Program-made: the position numbers and the translations under genes
Source of the DNA: Selenomonadales bacterium UBA7018
GTDB lineage: Bacteria; Bacillota; Negativicutes; Selenomonadales; Selenomonadaceae
NCBI GenBank assembly: GCA_002448305.1
Contig: DJWY01000035.1
Location: 2,982 to 66,981 of the forward strand
Direction: 5' to 3'
Length of the DNA: 64,000 nt
The notes under the pieces: model-generated
Databases searched by the model: none
Seen by the model: the letters and a program-made list of their open reading frames with translations, nothing else
What the model was told of the DNA's origin: nothing
Shown: positions 10,319 to 18,941 of the stretch, piece after piece
Layout: the number at the start of each line of letters is the position of its first letter
How positions within the stretch are numbered: the first letter of the stretch is position 1

Positions 10319-11080
10319 CTAACCCCTAAAAACTTTGCGAAGCTCGACAAGCTCTTCATAATCGGCGGCGTCGCAATGGAGCGGCGTCACCGAGACAAAA
10401 CCTTTTTTCGTCGCGTAAATGTCAGTTCCTTCGCTTGAATCAATGTCGCAAATCGTCCCGCCAATACGGAAATAAGCGCGTCCGGCGTCGTCAGTGCGGC
10501 TTGCGAAAGCGTTAATGTAATCGCGTTGACCAAGTCGTGTGCTCATAAATTCGGCTTTATCTGCGCGGAAATTTTTAGGAAAATTGAGATTGTGCAGGAA
10601 AGGTTCATGCTTAATGCTCAAAATTTTTTCGAGATAGTCAACGGTTGAGCTTGCCGCCGCGTCAAAGGAAATCACGGAATTTTTATCGCGAGAAACTGCA
10701 AGCGACGGAATTTCATGCAAGAAACCTTCCAGAGCCGCGCCGACTGTGCCGGAATAAAGAACATCGGTTGCAAGGTTCGCGCCGTCATTTATGCCAGAAA
10801 TTATCGCGTCGAATTTTTTATCGCTCATGCCTTCCAAATAAATTTTGACGCAATCAGTTGGCGTGCCGTCGAAAGTCCAGGCTTCGCAGTCGGGATTGTC
10901 AAAGCGTTTATATTCAATTTCGCGCATGAAGGTTAGCGCGTGCGCCATGCCGCTTTGTTGATTGAGTGGCGCGGCGATTGTCACTTCATGAGCGTGGGAT
11001 TTAAAAGCGTTGGCGAGTGCCCAAAGCCCCACGCCTTGTATCCCGTCATCATTTGTCAATAAAATTCTCAAATATATCAC
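10319..11080 (-). CDS. surE: 5'/3'-nucleotidase SurE
   Basis: Contains RILLTNDDGIQGVG, GINDGANL and YSGTVGAA motifs. Confidence 0.9.
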   Translation of the reverse strand: MIYLRILLTNDDGIQGVGLWALANAFKSHAHEVTIAAPLNQQSGMAHALTFMREIEYKRFDNPDCEAWTFDGTPTDCVKIYLEGMSDKKFDAIISGINDGANLATDVLYSGTVGAALEGFLHEIPSLAVSRDKNSVISFDAAASSTVDYLEKILSIKHEPFLHNLNFPKNFRADKAEFMSTRLGQRDYINAFASRTDDAGRAYFRIGGTICDIDSSEGTDIYATKKGFVSVTPLHCDAADYEELVELRKVFRG

Positions 11081-11153
11081 CTCGTAAAGTCGCCTTGATT
11101 AAAAATTTTTACTGTGATAAATTGGCTAAAAAATTTTAAGGAGATGGCGACTT

Positions 11154-11717
11154 ATGAAAAAATTTTTATCAGTGCTTACACTTTTTCTAATGTCAATGAA
11201 TGTCGCGAGTGCCGAAGAAAATTTTGAGAACGCCAACGAAATTCAATTTGAATATCTTGACGGCGGCGCATTCAGTCAACGCAACGTCAATAATTACAAC
11301 GTCCATTATTTCGAGAAGGTCACAGACAACGGCGTTATAAGTTATTGGCGCGGGCTGACTTTCACACGAGCACTTGGTTACACGAATCCGCGCAAAGATG
11401 GCGGCGTTCATCATGATAGTCAAGGCGTCGGGTTGGGAGCCGCGTTTATGTTGCGTTGGGATAAAAAAGTTTCGGGCAAGTTTCATGCCGGCGCGGATTT
11501 CACAGGGAGTTTCATGCTTTATAATAAAGCACACCCCTACGACGGACGCGCTTACGGATTTTTATGGCGATTGGGTCCGCGCTTGACGTGGCAATTTCGC
11601 GACACTGATTCTATTAGCGTTGGTTATTCGATTAGTCATTTTTCAAACGGCTTGCGCAAACACAATCCCGGCTACAACACGCTAGGATTTTCCGTCGGCT
11701 ATACGCACCACTTTTGA
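11154..11717 (+). CDS. Acyloxyacyl hydrolase / PagL-like lipid A 3-O-deacylase (outer-membrane beta-barrel)
   Basis: Signal peptide MKKFLSVLTLFLMSMNVASA. C-terminal SISHFSNG (the PagL His-x-Ser-Asn catalytic motif as I recall it). Aromatic terminal residue (..GYTHHF). Confidence 0.7.
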   Translation: MKKFLSVLTLFLMSMNVASAEENFENANEIQFEYLDGGAFSQRNVNNYNVHYFEKVTDNGVISYWRGLTFTRALGYTNPRKDGGVHHDSQGVGLGAAFMLRWDKKVSGKFHAGADFTGSFMLYNKAHPYDGRAYGFLWRLGPRLTWQFRDTDSISVGYSISHFSNGLRKHNPGYNTLGFSVGYTHHF

Positions 11718-11814
11718 AAAGTGGACAAACAGCGGACGCGATTTACCGTTTCGACGTTCGAGCAAATCGCCGCGCCGGAACGCTCCGTTGCACTTCGCTA
11801 GTTGCTAAAAATTT

Positions 11815-12726
11815 TTAAATTCCGAACAGCGCGTCGGCAAATTCTTTCGCATTGAACGGGCGCAAATCGTCAAGCCGCTCGCCAACGCCGACCCACTTGA
11901 CTGGAATATTTAACTGCTCCTTTATCCCGATAATCATTCCGCCCTTAGCCGTACCGTCAAGTTTCGTCAGGACAATTCCAGTTATGCCCGCCGCCTGCGA
12001 AAATAATTCGGCTTGACGCAAAGCATTTTGACCGGTCGTGGCGTCGAGCACTAATAAAACTTCATGCGGTGCACCGTGAATTCCTTTGCCCAGTATCCGA
12101 TTGATTTTCTTTAGCTCTTCCATAAGGTTAAATTTATTTTGCAAACGTCCTGCCGTGTCGACAAGTAGCACGTCAATTTTCTGCGCAACTGCACTTCTTG
12201 CGGCATCTAGTGCAACGCTTGACGGGTTGGAGCCTTCAGAGTGCTTGACGAAAGCCGAGCCGGTTCGTTCCGCCCAAATCTCTAGCTGGTCAATCGCGCC
12301 CGCACGGAAAGTATCAGCCGCCGCCATCATAACTTTTTTGCCCTGCGCTTTGTAGTATGCGCCGAGTTTGCCAATCGTCGTCGTCTTGCCCGCGCCGTTT
12401 ACGCCTATCATCAAAATTACTCGCGGCGGTTCAACGTAATCGAAATGCCCTTCTTCCTCTGTAAGTATATCGCGTATTTGATTCGACAAAAAATTTTTTA
12501 CGTCGGCGGGCGAAGTTATTTCAGCTTTGCGGACGCCCTTGCGCAAGCCCGTAATCAATTTTTCAGTCGTCGCCATACCAACATCGGAAGTTATCAAAGT
12601 TTCTTCCAGCTCGTCTAAAAGGGCGTCGTCAATTTTCGTCGAGCTGTGAAGAAGTTCGTCAATCTTGTCAATAAATTTCTCGCGGGTTTTAGTCAAGCCC
12701 GCTTTTAGTCTGTCGAAAAATCCCAT
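11815..12726 (-). CDS. ftsY: Signal recognition particle receptor FtsY
   Basis: Contains GVNGAGKTTTIGKL, DTAGR and TKLDGTAKGG. Start moved to ATG 12726 (MGFFDRLKAGL), preceded by AGGAGG. The listed 12843 start adds an implausible extension. Confidence 0.9.
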   Translation of the reverse strand: MGFFDRLKAGLTKTREKFIDKIDELLHSSTKIDDALLDELEETLITSDVGMATTEKLITGLRKGVRKAEITSPADVKNFLSNQIRDILTEEEGHFDYVEPPRVILMIGVNGAGKTTTIGKLGAYYKAQGKKVMMAAADTFRAGAIDQLEIWAERTGSAFVKHSEGSNPSSVALDAARSAVAQKIDVLLVDTAGRLQNKFNLMEELKKINRILGKGIHGAPHEVLLVLDATTGQNALRQAELFSQAAGITGIVLTKLDGTAKGGMIIGIKEQLNIPVKWVGVGERLDDLRPFNAKEFADALFGI

Positions 12727-12940
12727 AAAAAAACCTCCTGTTATATAAAATTTTCTTCTAAAACCTCCATGTGGTGCTATCCACTTTATCAAGAGTGAAG
12801 ACTCTGTTTTGCGGATTTTCAATGATGAGCCGAATGTTGTCATTCAACTTATTTCGAAATCTTGACTTTTCATAGACGGTCTTGATAATTCTCAAAAGGA
12901 TTTTAACTTTTTATGGCGATATTGTCACGCTTTATTTAAA

Positions 12941-13423
12941 TTAATCGCTGAGAGTTTTTTCGCCGAGCCGATATAAAAGCTCGTTGGTTTGCGCGACGCT
13001 TAATTTCTGTTCGACAGCTGAAATAATCACGGCGTCCCATTGATTGCGCGGATAAAGTGCGCCCAACTGCGCATATCGCAATAAATATTGTATTTCGTCC
13101 AGGTTAAGTTCCATTGCAAGTGCTATCGCTAAAATTTTTGAGCGCGAAGGATTTTTCTTTAGCCCCGAAAAAATATGGTAGGCGTATTCCCGATTCAAGT
13201 CCGAACGCTCTATTACTTCCTTTTTCGTCAAATTTTTCTCTGCCAAAAGTTTTTCCAAGTATTCGTTCAGCGGCAAAACAAATTCATCGCTATTGCGCCG
13301 GAAATATTCGCCTAAATTTTTATCCGCCTTAAGCTCCGTGAAAAGTTCGCCCGTACTTTTTGACACGCTTAACACCCCGCTTGAATTTCTTTCTATGCTA
13401 TAATGACAGAAAAAATTTTTCAA
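12941..13423 (-). CDS. XRE-like helix-turn-helix protein (small Firmicute family)
   Basis: HTH-like core is LTKKEVIERSDLNREYAYHIFSGLKKNPSRSKILAIALAMELNLDEIQYLLRYAQ. The start is uncertain: the listed TTG 13423 overlaps the promoter region of the divergent kinase. Confidence 0.6.
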   Translation of the reverse strand: MKNFFCHYSIERNSSGVLSVSKSTGELFTELKADKNLGEYFRRNSDEFVLPLNEYLEKLLAEKNLTKKEVIERSDLNREYAYHIFSGLKKNPSRSKILAIALAMELNLDEIQYLLRYAQLGALYPRNQWDAVIISAVEQKLSVAQTNELLYRLGEKTLSD

Positions 13424-13434
13424 GGCAGGGTAAC

Positions 13435-14826
13435 ATGGATTTTTTGAAAAAATATTTGGGCGATACTTTTGAGCTTGTCGACGTGCTTAAAAATTCCGAG
13501 CAAAATTTTATCGCGACCGTTTACGACAAGCACGCCAAAAGACTTTGCGTCATGAAACAACGCGCTTTGACTTCACGCCCTATTTATCAAATTTTAAAGA
13601 AGCTAGACGACCCGCATATCCCGAAAATTTATCGGCTGTTTGAAATGGACGGGAAATTGATTGTCGTTGAAGAGCATATCGACGGGCAAACGCTGGAAGA
13701 AATTTTGCTTTATCGTGCGGATATGATTGACGAAAATTTAGCCGCGCAGATTTTGCTAAGCCTGTGCGACTGCCTCGAAGTCATTCACGCGAAAAATATT
13801 GTGCACCGCGATATTAAGCCATCGAATATCATGCTGACCGGCTCACAAGTCAAGATGATTGATTTTGGTATTGCCCGCATTTTTAAGCCCGAAAGCCGCG
13901 CCGATACTGAACTTTTAGGGACTCGCGGTTACGCGCCGCCCGAACAATTCGGCTTATTCAATCTTGGGCAGACCGATTCGCGCAGTGATATTTATTCGCT
14001 CGGCGTCACGATTAAAAATTTGCTCGGCGAAGATTATCTCGGCAAATTGAGCGGCATTTTAAATCGTTGCACTTCGCCTGACCCGCTAAGACGTTTTCAA
14101 TCCGCCGCCGAACTTCGCAGAGCCGTTATCCGTGCGCAGAAATCTAATCGCGCTAAAAAAGTTCTGCTTGCCGCGCTGACTTGCACGGCGATAATTTTTA
14201 TTCCTAGCGTTGCCAATCTCGATGAAAATTTTCAAGCCGAAGAAGTTCCCTCGCCGCCGATTGAAACTTCAACTCCGGCGGAAGAATTAACAGAAAGCGT
14301 GCCGGTTAAAACTCCTAAGCGCGACGCCTTCAATCAGCTAACTGACTTTGTGATAAATCCTCCGCCCGCGACGACATTTCCCGAAATTCCTTCGACGCCT
14401 CAACCAAAAATAATAACTCCGCCCGTCGAGAAAACTTCAGGCGAAGTCGAATTTAAATTTTATTTGAATGGCGAGTTGACTGATAAATATCATATGGTTT
14501 ATTTGCGCCCCGAATACGGCTGGCAAAATTGGCCGCGAAATAGTTACGGTGACTATCTTTTTCCGCCGAGCATGACGGCGCGTGTTAGGATTGAAAATCA
14601 CAGCGGCAGGGATTTAATTAATCCGCGCATTGAAATAGAATTCGGCTACGACGAATACACGATAAATCACCCGACAATTACGAACGGACAAAGCGTCGAT
14701 TTAAATATTCCGCTTGGCGGGCAACTCGCCTCACCGGAAAAGGGCAACGGAACTTTTAATTTAATGTTGAAGGCTGAAGGCGAGCCGCCGCTATTTTTGA
14801 GCAAAACTTTTTTCCTAGTGGAGTGA
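13435..14826 (+). CDS. Membrane Ser/Thr protein kinase with unknown extracellular beta-rich domain
   Basis: Contains HRDIKPSNIM, DFGIA and GYAPPE. TM helix VLLAALTCTAIIFIP. ATG 13435 (MDFLKKYL) follows a TGCTATAAT extended -10. The Gly-rich loop is degenerate (LKNSEQNF). Confidence 0.8.
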   Translation: MDFLKKYLGDTFELVDVLKNSEQNFIATVYDKHAKRLCVMKQRALTSRPIYQILKKLDDPHIPKIYRLFEMDGKLIVVEEHIDGQTLEEILLYRADMIDENLAAQILLSLCDCLEVIHAKNIVHRDIKPSNIMLTGSQVKMIDFGIARIFKPESRADTELLGTRGYAPPEQFGLFNLGQTDSRSDIYSLGVTIKNLLGEDYLGKLSGILNRCTSPDPLRRFQSAAELRRAVIRAQKSNRAKKVLLAALTCTAIIFIPSVANLDENFQAEEVPSPPIETSTPAEELTESVPVKTPKRDAFNQLTDFVINPPPATTFPEIPSTPQPKIITPPVEKTSGEVEFKFYLNGELTDKYHMVYLRPEYGWQNWPRNSYGDYLFPPSMTARVRIENHSGRDLINPRIEIEFGYDEYTINHPTITNGQSVDLNIPLGGQLASPEKGNGTFNLMLKAEGEPPLFLSKTFFLVE

Positions 14827-14829
14827 ATT

Positions 14830-15327
14830 TTATTTTGGAATAAATATAGAGAAAATTACGTATTCGTTAGGCCATTTCACCGAATAAGTATTATCATCAA
14901 AGCCGATTGTTTTGTCGTCTCCACCTTTAATGCTATACTTGTTGCCCGATAAAATGCCCAATCTTTGCGATACTTTTTCATAATCGTCACCAGCAGCCAA
15001 AATTGCCGCCTCAATCATAGCAAAGATTGCCCCTTCAGAAATGGTTTCGTGAAATGCAAAGTACACTTTTGTTTCGGTTTCACTTTCGCGAAAAGAAAAC
15101 TCTGCCAATTCGTAATCAAAACCACGATTGTAAATAAGCGAACATCTTTCTACAAAATCTTTTGCTTCACTTTCTAAAAGGTGCCTTTTTAATGCATCGA
15201 AAATTTCTCGGTTGTATCTGTCAATGAATTGATTCGCTGTCTTAGGCTTTACTATTCCGCAACTTGTCATTGTTATGCAAAGTAAAATCGCGACGCAACT
15301 CACAATTAAAAATTTCCTATTAGACAT
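14830..15327 (-). CDS. Hypothetical lipoprotein
   Basis: ATG 15327 (MSNRKFLIVSCVAILLCITMTSCG) carries a lipobox-like signal and follows GGAGG. No recognised family. Confidence 0.6.
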   Translation of the reverse strand: MSNRKFLIVSCVAILLCITMTSCGIVKPKTANQFIDRYNREIFDALKRHLLESEAKDFVERCSLIYNRGFDYELAEFSFRESETETKVYFAFHETISEGAIFAMIEAAILAAGDDYEKVSQRLGILSGNKYSIKGGDDKTIGFDDNTYSVKWPNEYVIFSIFIPK

Positions 15328-15481
15328 TTCATTTGCCCTCCGCCTCCGATTTTTTAACATTATCAAGCAAGGTGAGCATTATTTTATCAAAGTTATTTCG
15401 CGTTTTGGTGTCCTGCGAGGACAAGATAAAAAAATACCGCAAAGCGTTTGTGCCTTGCGGTTTAAGTTTATTTGCAATAGT

Positions 15482-16600
15482 TTATTTGATTGAGTTCAAT
15501 CTTTCTGCGATTGTGTAAGCGTCCTCGTCGCCTTCGGCAGGTTCGATAATCGGTTGATTGCCAAGCATAACTATTCCGTTTTGAACGGTTGCTTCTTGCT
15601 TATTCAAGCCGTTGTGATAAGCGACTGCCAAATTGCCAAGAATAAAGTAGGAACGTTCAGCACTGGACATATCGCCGGCGGGCGCAACCTTTATGAAATT
15701 TTTCTTGTTGATAGTGACGATACCATTTTCCGCAGTGACTTTCTTGCCGCTGTATTCGTAAAGCTTTTTGACGTAAGCGTCGCGGCGTTTATCGCTGTCT
15801 GGGTGGTCGGACGGGTTGAAGAATTTTTCTATAGCACTTCTCTTATGCCCTTTCTCCATGTCAACAAATCTCTGCATGATAGCCGCGCAGGCTCCAGGAT
15901 TGTAATTAGTTTTGAGCATGTAATCAAAGCCTAAAGCATCGGCTTCGGTCTCTTGTTTTTTGGTACCGTGCGCAACTGAATGATTGAAAGCGAGTTGAGT
16001 TATCACGGAAGTGATTGCCCCGCCGCCGATTGTCGCGCCGGCCGCCGCGCCCGCAACGTTCGCTATGATATATTTCGTGACGACTTTTTTATTCCCTTTA
16101 GCGACATGGTCTTTTTGCCCGTGCCCCATTTCGTGCCCGACGATTGCGGCGATTTCGTCTTCGTTCGGAACCAATTTAAAAGTCCCGACATTAACCATCA
16201 TGACATGACCCATAGAGCAAGCCGCGTTCAAAGTCTCGTCATTGGAGACAAAATATTTGTAGGGCTTTTCCTTGATAGTCGGGTCGACTGCCGCCACGCC
16301 TTTAGTTAAATTCGCCATAATTCTATCAAGCATAGCGTTATAAGTCGGGTCTTCGTTGACGCCGTATTTTTTTTGAAACTCCCCGTAAAGTTCCTGTCGA
16401 CCAGCTTCGGTCTCGTTGAAGTGCTTTATTTGCGAATTTACCTGACTACTCAACGCTGCGCTGTTTATGCCTATGACTATCAAATCTTCTGTAAGCGACG
16501 CTGAAGCAGTAGCCGGCGCACCGAACGTCAGCGAAAAACCTACTGCCGCCGCCGCGCAGATCGCCAAAACTTTTTTCTTTAAACTTCTGAACTTGAACAT
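15482..16600 (-). CDS. M48-family zinc metallopeptidase, secreted
   Basis: Contains HEMGHGQKDH (HExxH). Signal peptide from ATG 16600 (MFKFRSLKKKVLAICAAAAVGFSLTFGAPATASA), preceded by AGGAGG. Confidence 0.8.
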   Translation of the reverse strand: MFKFRSLKKKVLAICAAAAVGFSLTFGAPATASASLTEDLIVIGINSAALSSQVNSQIKHFNETEAGRQELYGEFQKKYGVNEDPTYNAMLDRIMANLTKGVAAVDPTIKEKPYKYFVSNDETLNAACSMGHVMMVNVGTFKLVPNEDEIAAIVGHEMGHGQKDHVAKGNKKVVTKYIIANVAGAAAGATIGGGAITSVITQLAFNHSVAHGTKKQETEADALGFDYMLKTNYNPGACAAIMQRFVDMEKGHKRSAIEKFFNPSDHPDSDKRRDAYVKKLYEYSGKKVTAENGIVTINKKNFIKVAPAGDMSSAERSYFILGNLAVAYHNGLNKQEATVQNGIVMLGNQPIIEPAEGDEDAYTIAERLNSIK

Positions 16601-16803
16601 TATGTTCAACCTCCTATAAATGTTTTCAACAACGTTATCGTTACTAATCATTAAATTTTGCTTATGATAGCAGAAAAAATTCTTGCCTGCAAAAATTTTT
16701 TTGGCGTCTTGAATATCTGAAATTAATCTGGTAATATAAGCGCAAGCAATCATAAAAAACTTTTGGAGGGAGAAATTATGAGCGGGTGAGTTGAAGATTT
16801 AAT

Positions 16804-16832
16804 TTGCAAAGGTAGAAACCGTCTGATATAAT
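16804..16832 (+). promoter_or_regulatory. Sigma-70-type promoter for the skp-lpxD cluster
   Basis: TTGCAA (16804-16809), 17-nt spacer, TATAAT (16827-16832). Confidence 0.55.
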
Positions 16833-16864
16833 CGGCGGCGTCAAAATTTAAGGAGAGTTGCATA

Positions 16865-17332
16865 ATGATAAAATTGGAAAAGAAACAAGTAAAGATTATG
16901 AGCATTTTAATCGCGCTGATTTTTATCGGTAGCGTAGTAGCAATCGCTTTGACGCAGACAGGAAATGTCGCGTCGGCGGCCAGCTCGTCTAATGTCGGCG
17001 TTGTGGAATACGACCAAATCATGGTTCAGCACCCTGATATGAAAAATCTCGATGAGCAAATGAAAGCAGCGGTCGCGGAAATTAAAGCGGAATTCGACGA
17101 AAAATCTGCTGGCATGAACGACCAAGAAAAACAAGATTATTATATGCAGTGCCAAGAGAGAATTCTCCAACGCCGCGAAGAATTGCTTGCTCCGGTCGTT
17201 GCCTCTGTCGACAGTGCAATTAAAGCTGTTGCCGATAAAAAAGGCTTGAGCGTCGTCCTTGCCAAAGCGGCTGTCGTTTACGGCGGGCAGGATATTACCA
17301 AAGACGTTATCGCGCAAATCAACAAGAAGTAA
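16865..17332 (+). CDS. skp: OmpH/Skp-family periplasmic chaperone (paralogue 1)
   Basis: N-terminal anchor or signal, VGVVEYDQIM start, a coiled middle and a C-terminal VVYGGQDITKDVIAQI, typical of Skp ends. It lies upstream of lpxD. Confidence 0.75.
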   Translation: MIKLEKKQVKIMSILIALIFIGSVVAIALTQTGNVASAASSSNVGVVEYDQIMVQHPDMKNLDEQMKAAVAEIKAEFDEKSAGMNDQEKQDYYMQCQERILQRREELLAPVVASVDSAIKAVADKKGLSVVLAKAAVVYGGQDITKDVIAQINKK

Positions 17333-17410
17333 TTAGTGGTTAGCGGTTAGTGGTTAGTGGTTAGCGAAAAAATTTCTAATCACTAACCACTTTTCACTAA
17401 TAACACTTTT
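17331..17410 (+). terminator. Rho-independent terminator built from a (GGTTAGY) heptamer array and its inverted copy
   Basis: Units AATTAGT GGTTAGC GGTTAGT GGTTAGT GGTTAGC span 17331-17365. The loop is gaaaaaattt. CTAATCACTAACCAC (17376-17390) pairs back, and T-rich sequence follows. It lies directly after skp paralogue 1. Confidence 0.7.
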
Positions 17411-17429
17411 TTATTAGGAGGCAGCGAAT

Positions 17430-18491
17430 ATGAAATACGGACTGTTAGCGGCGATAATAGCGGCACTAATCGGTTGCGGACTCTATTTCTATTCGACGCC
17501 TTCCCAACCCGCCGAGCCTATTGAAAATAAAAACGAAAAGCTCACGCCAAATCAAGGCGTCGGAGTTATCGATATAGAAAAAGTTCACGCGGCGCACCCC
17601 GACGGCGAACAACTCGAACAACTTCGCGCAACTGAACTTCGCTTGCGGCTCGAACTTCATGAAGCTATGCGCCTTTCAGAATTGCCAAAGCCTAAACCGC
17701 CCGAAACTAATACCGAAGTTTTCGACGAAGCTACTTGGCAGAAAAATGCGCAAATCGTTATAAGTCAGCTTGCCGAACTCGAAAGCAAAAAAAAGAAGGC
17801 GGCGGAAGAATATCGCAAAAATTCCGAGCCGCGCTATATCGAAGAGCGCAATAAAATTCGTGACAAATTCGCTAACGAACAATTAAATATTCAGCTTAAG
17901 TTGCAGAACGCTAAAAGCATGCGCTTAAAGCAGGAAGAAATTAACGAATTGACAAAGCGGCTTGAGGAAATTGAGTTTGAACGAAATAAGTTGCAATTTG
18001 AGCTTTTGCAGAAATGGTCGGCGGAAATTGAACAATACGCTGATAATTCAATCGCTGAAGACAGGACGCGCCTTAGAGCCGAAGCGGATAGATTGCGTCA
18101 AGTGGTCGAAGAGCAATCGCAGCAAAAAGAATCAGAGGTTGCTGAACGCAATAGAAATCTCATGGAAAATTCCCTGCAAGAAATGGAAGAAAGGCAAATT
18201 AGGCGGCGCGAAATTTTAACCGACTTGCAAAAAGTCAGCAGAGACCGCGCAGAGCTTGAGAAAAAAATTTTAGACTCGATAGCTGATAAGGCGGCAATGC
18301 TCGCGGCAGTCAATCGCTTGGAAATGATTTTGGTTAAGCACGAATCAAAACCTAGCGATAAAGTTTTGCGGCGCGGCGTCAAATGGAATTTCGATTTCAA
18401 AGAAACCGACCACACCGGCGCAACAATCATTATGGGCAAAAAATCTAAGGATTTAACCGACGATTTGATAAAAGAAATGAAACGACTTTGA
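17430..18491 (+). CDS. OmpH/Skp-like lipoprotein with greatly expanded coiled-coil region (paralogue 2)
   Basis: Lipobox AALIGCG. Skp-like ends (VGVIDIEKV ... GATIIMGKKSKDLTDDLIKEM) flank about 250 aa of E/K/R/Q-rich heptad-like sequence. Confidence 0.6.
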   Translation: MKYGLLAAIIAALIGCGLYFYSTPSQPAEPIENKNEKLTPNQGVGVIDIEKVHAAHPDGEQLEQLRATELRLRLELHEAMRLSELPKPKPPETNTEVFDEATWQKNAQIVISQLAELESKKKKAAEEYRKNSEPRYIEERNKIRDKFANEQLNIQLKLQNAKSMRLKQEEINELTKRLEEIEFERNKLQFELLQKWSAEIEQYADNSIAEDRTRLRAEADRLRQVVEEQSQQKESEVAERNRNLMENSLQEMEERQIRRREILTDLQKVSRDRAELEKKILDSIADKAAMLAAVNRLEMILVKHESKPSDKVLRRGVKWNFDFKETDHTGATIIMGKKSKDLTDDLIKEMKRL

Positions 18492-18505
18492 TTGGAGTGA
18501 TAGAT

Positions 18506-18934
18506 ATGAACTTAGCAAAAAAATTGGCGGCTGTCGCGCTACTTGCCTCGTCACTTATTTTGACAGGTTGCGGACAAGCGCAAATTGGTAGCGTTGACGT
18601 TGATAAAATTATGACGGAAGCTCCGAGAGTTAAAACTTTGCTCACAGAGGCTGAAGGCAAAATAAAAGAGGCGCAAGAAAAATTCCAGAAAGATTACGAA
18701 GGAAAAGAACTTTCTGAAGAGGATTCACTTAAACTTCAGATGGATTTTCAACGCAAAATTGAGGGAATTAATCAAGGTTACGCCTCGCAGATTAAAAGCC
18801 GTATGGACGTTGTGATTAACGAAGTCGCGCAGGAAAAAAATATTGATGTTGTCCTTAGCAATTCCAAAAACGATAAAACAATTTTCAAGGGCGCGATTGA
18901 TATAACCGACGACGTTATCAAAAAAATGCAATAA
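18506..18934 (+). CDS. skp: OmpH/Skp-family lipoprotein (paralogue 3)
   Basis: ATG 18506 gives MNLAKKLAAVALLASSLILTGCG (lipobox). IGSVDVDKIM start and a C-terminal FKGAIDITDDVIKKM. Confidence 0.7.
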   Translation: MNLAKKLAAVALLASSLILTGCGQAQIGSVDVDKIMTEAPRVKTLLTEAEGKIKEAQEKFQKDYEGKELSEEDSLKLQMDFQRKIEGINQGYASQIKSRMDVVINEVAQEKNIDVVLSNSKNDKTIFKGAIDITDDVIKKMQ

Positions 18935-18941
18935 GTGGGCG

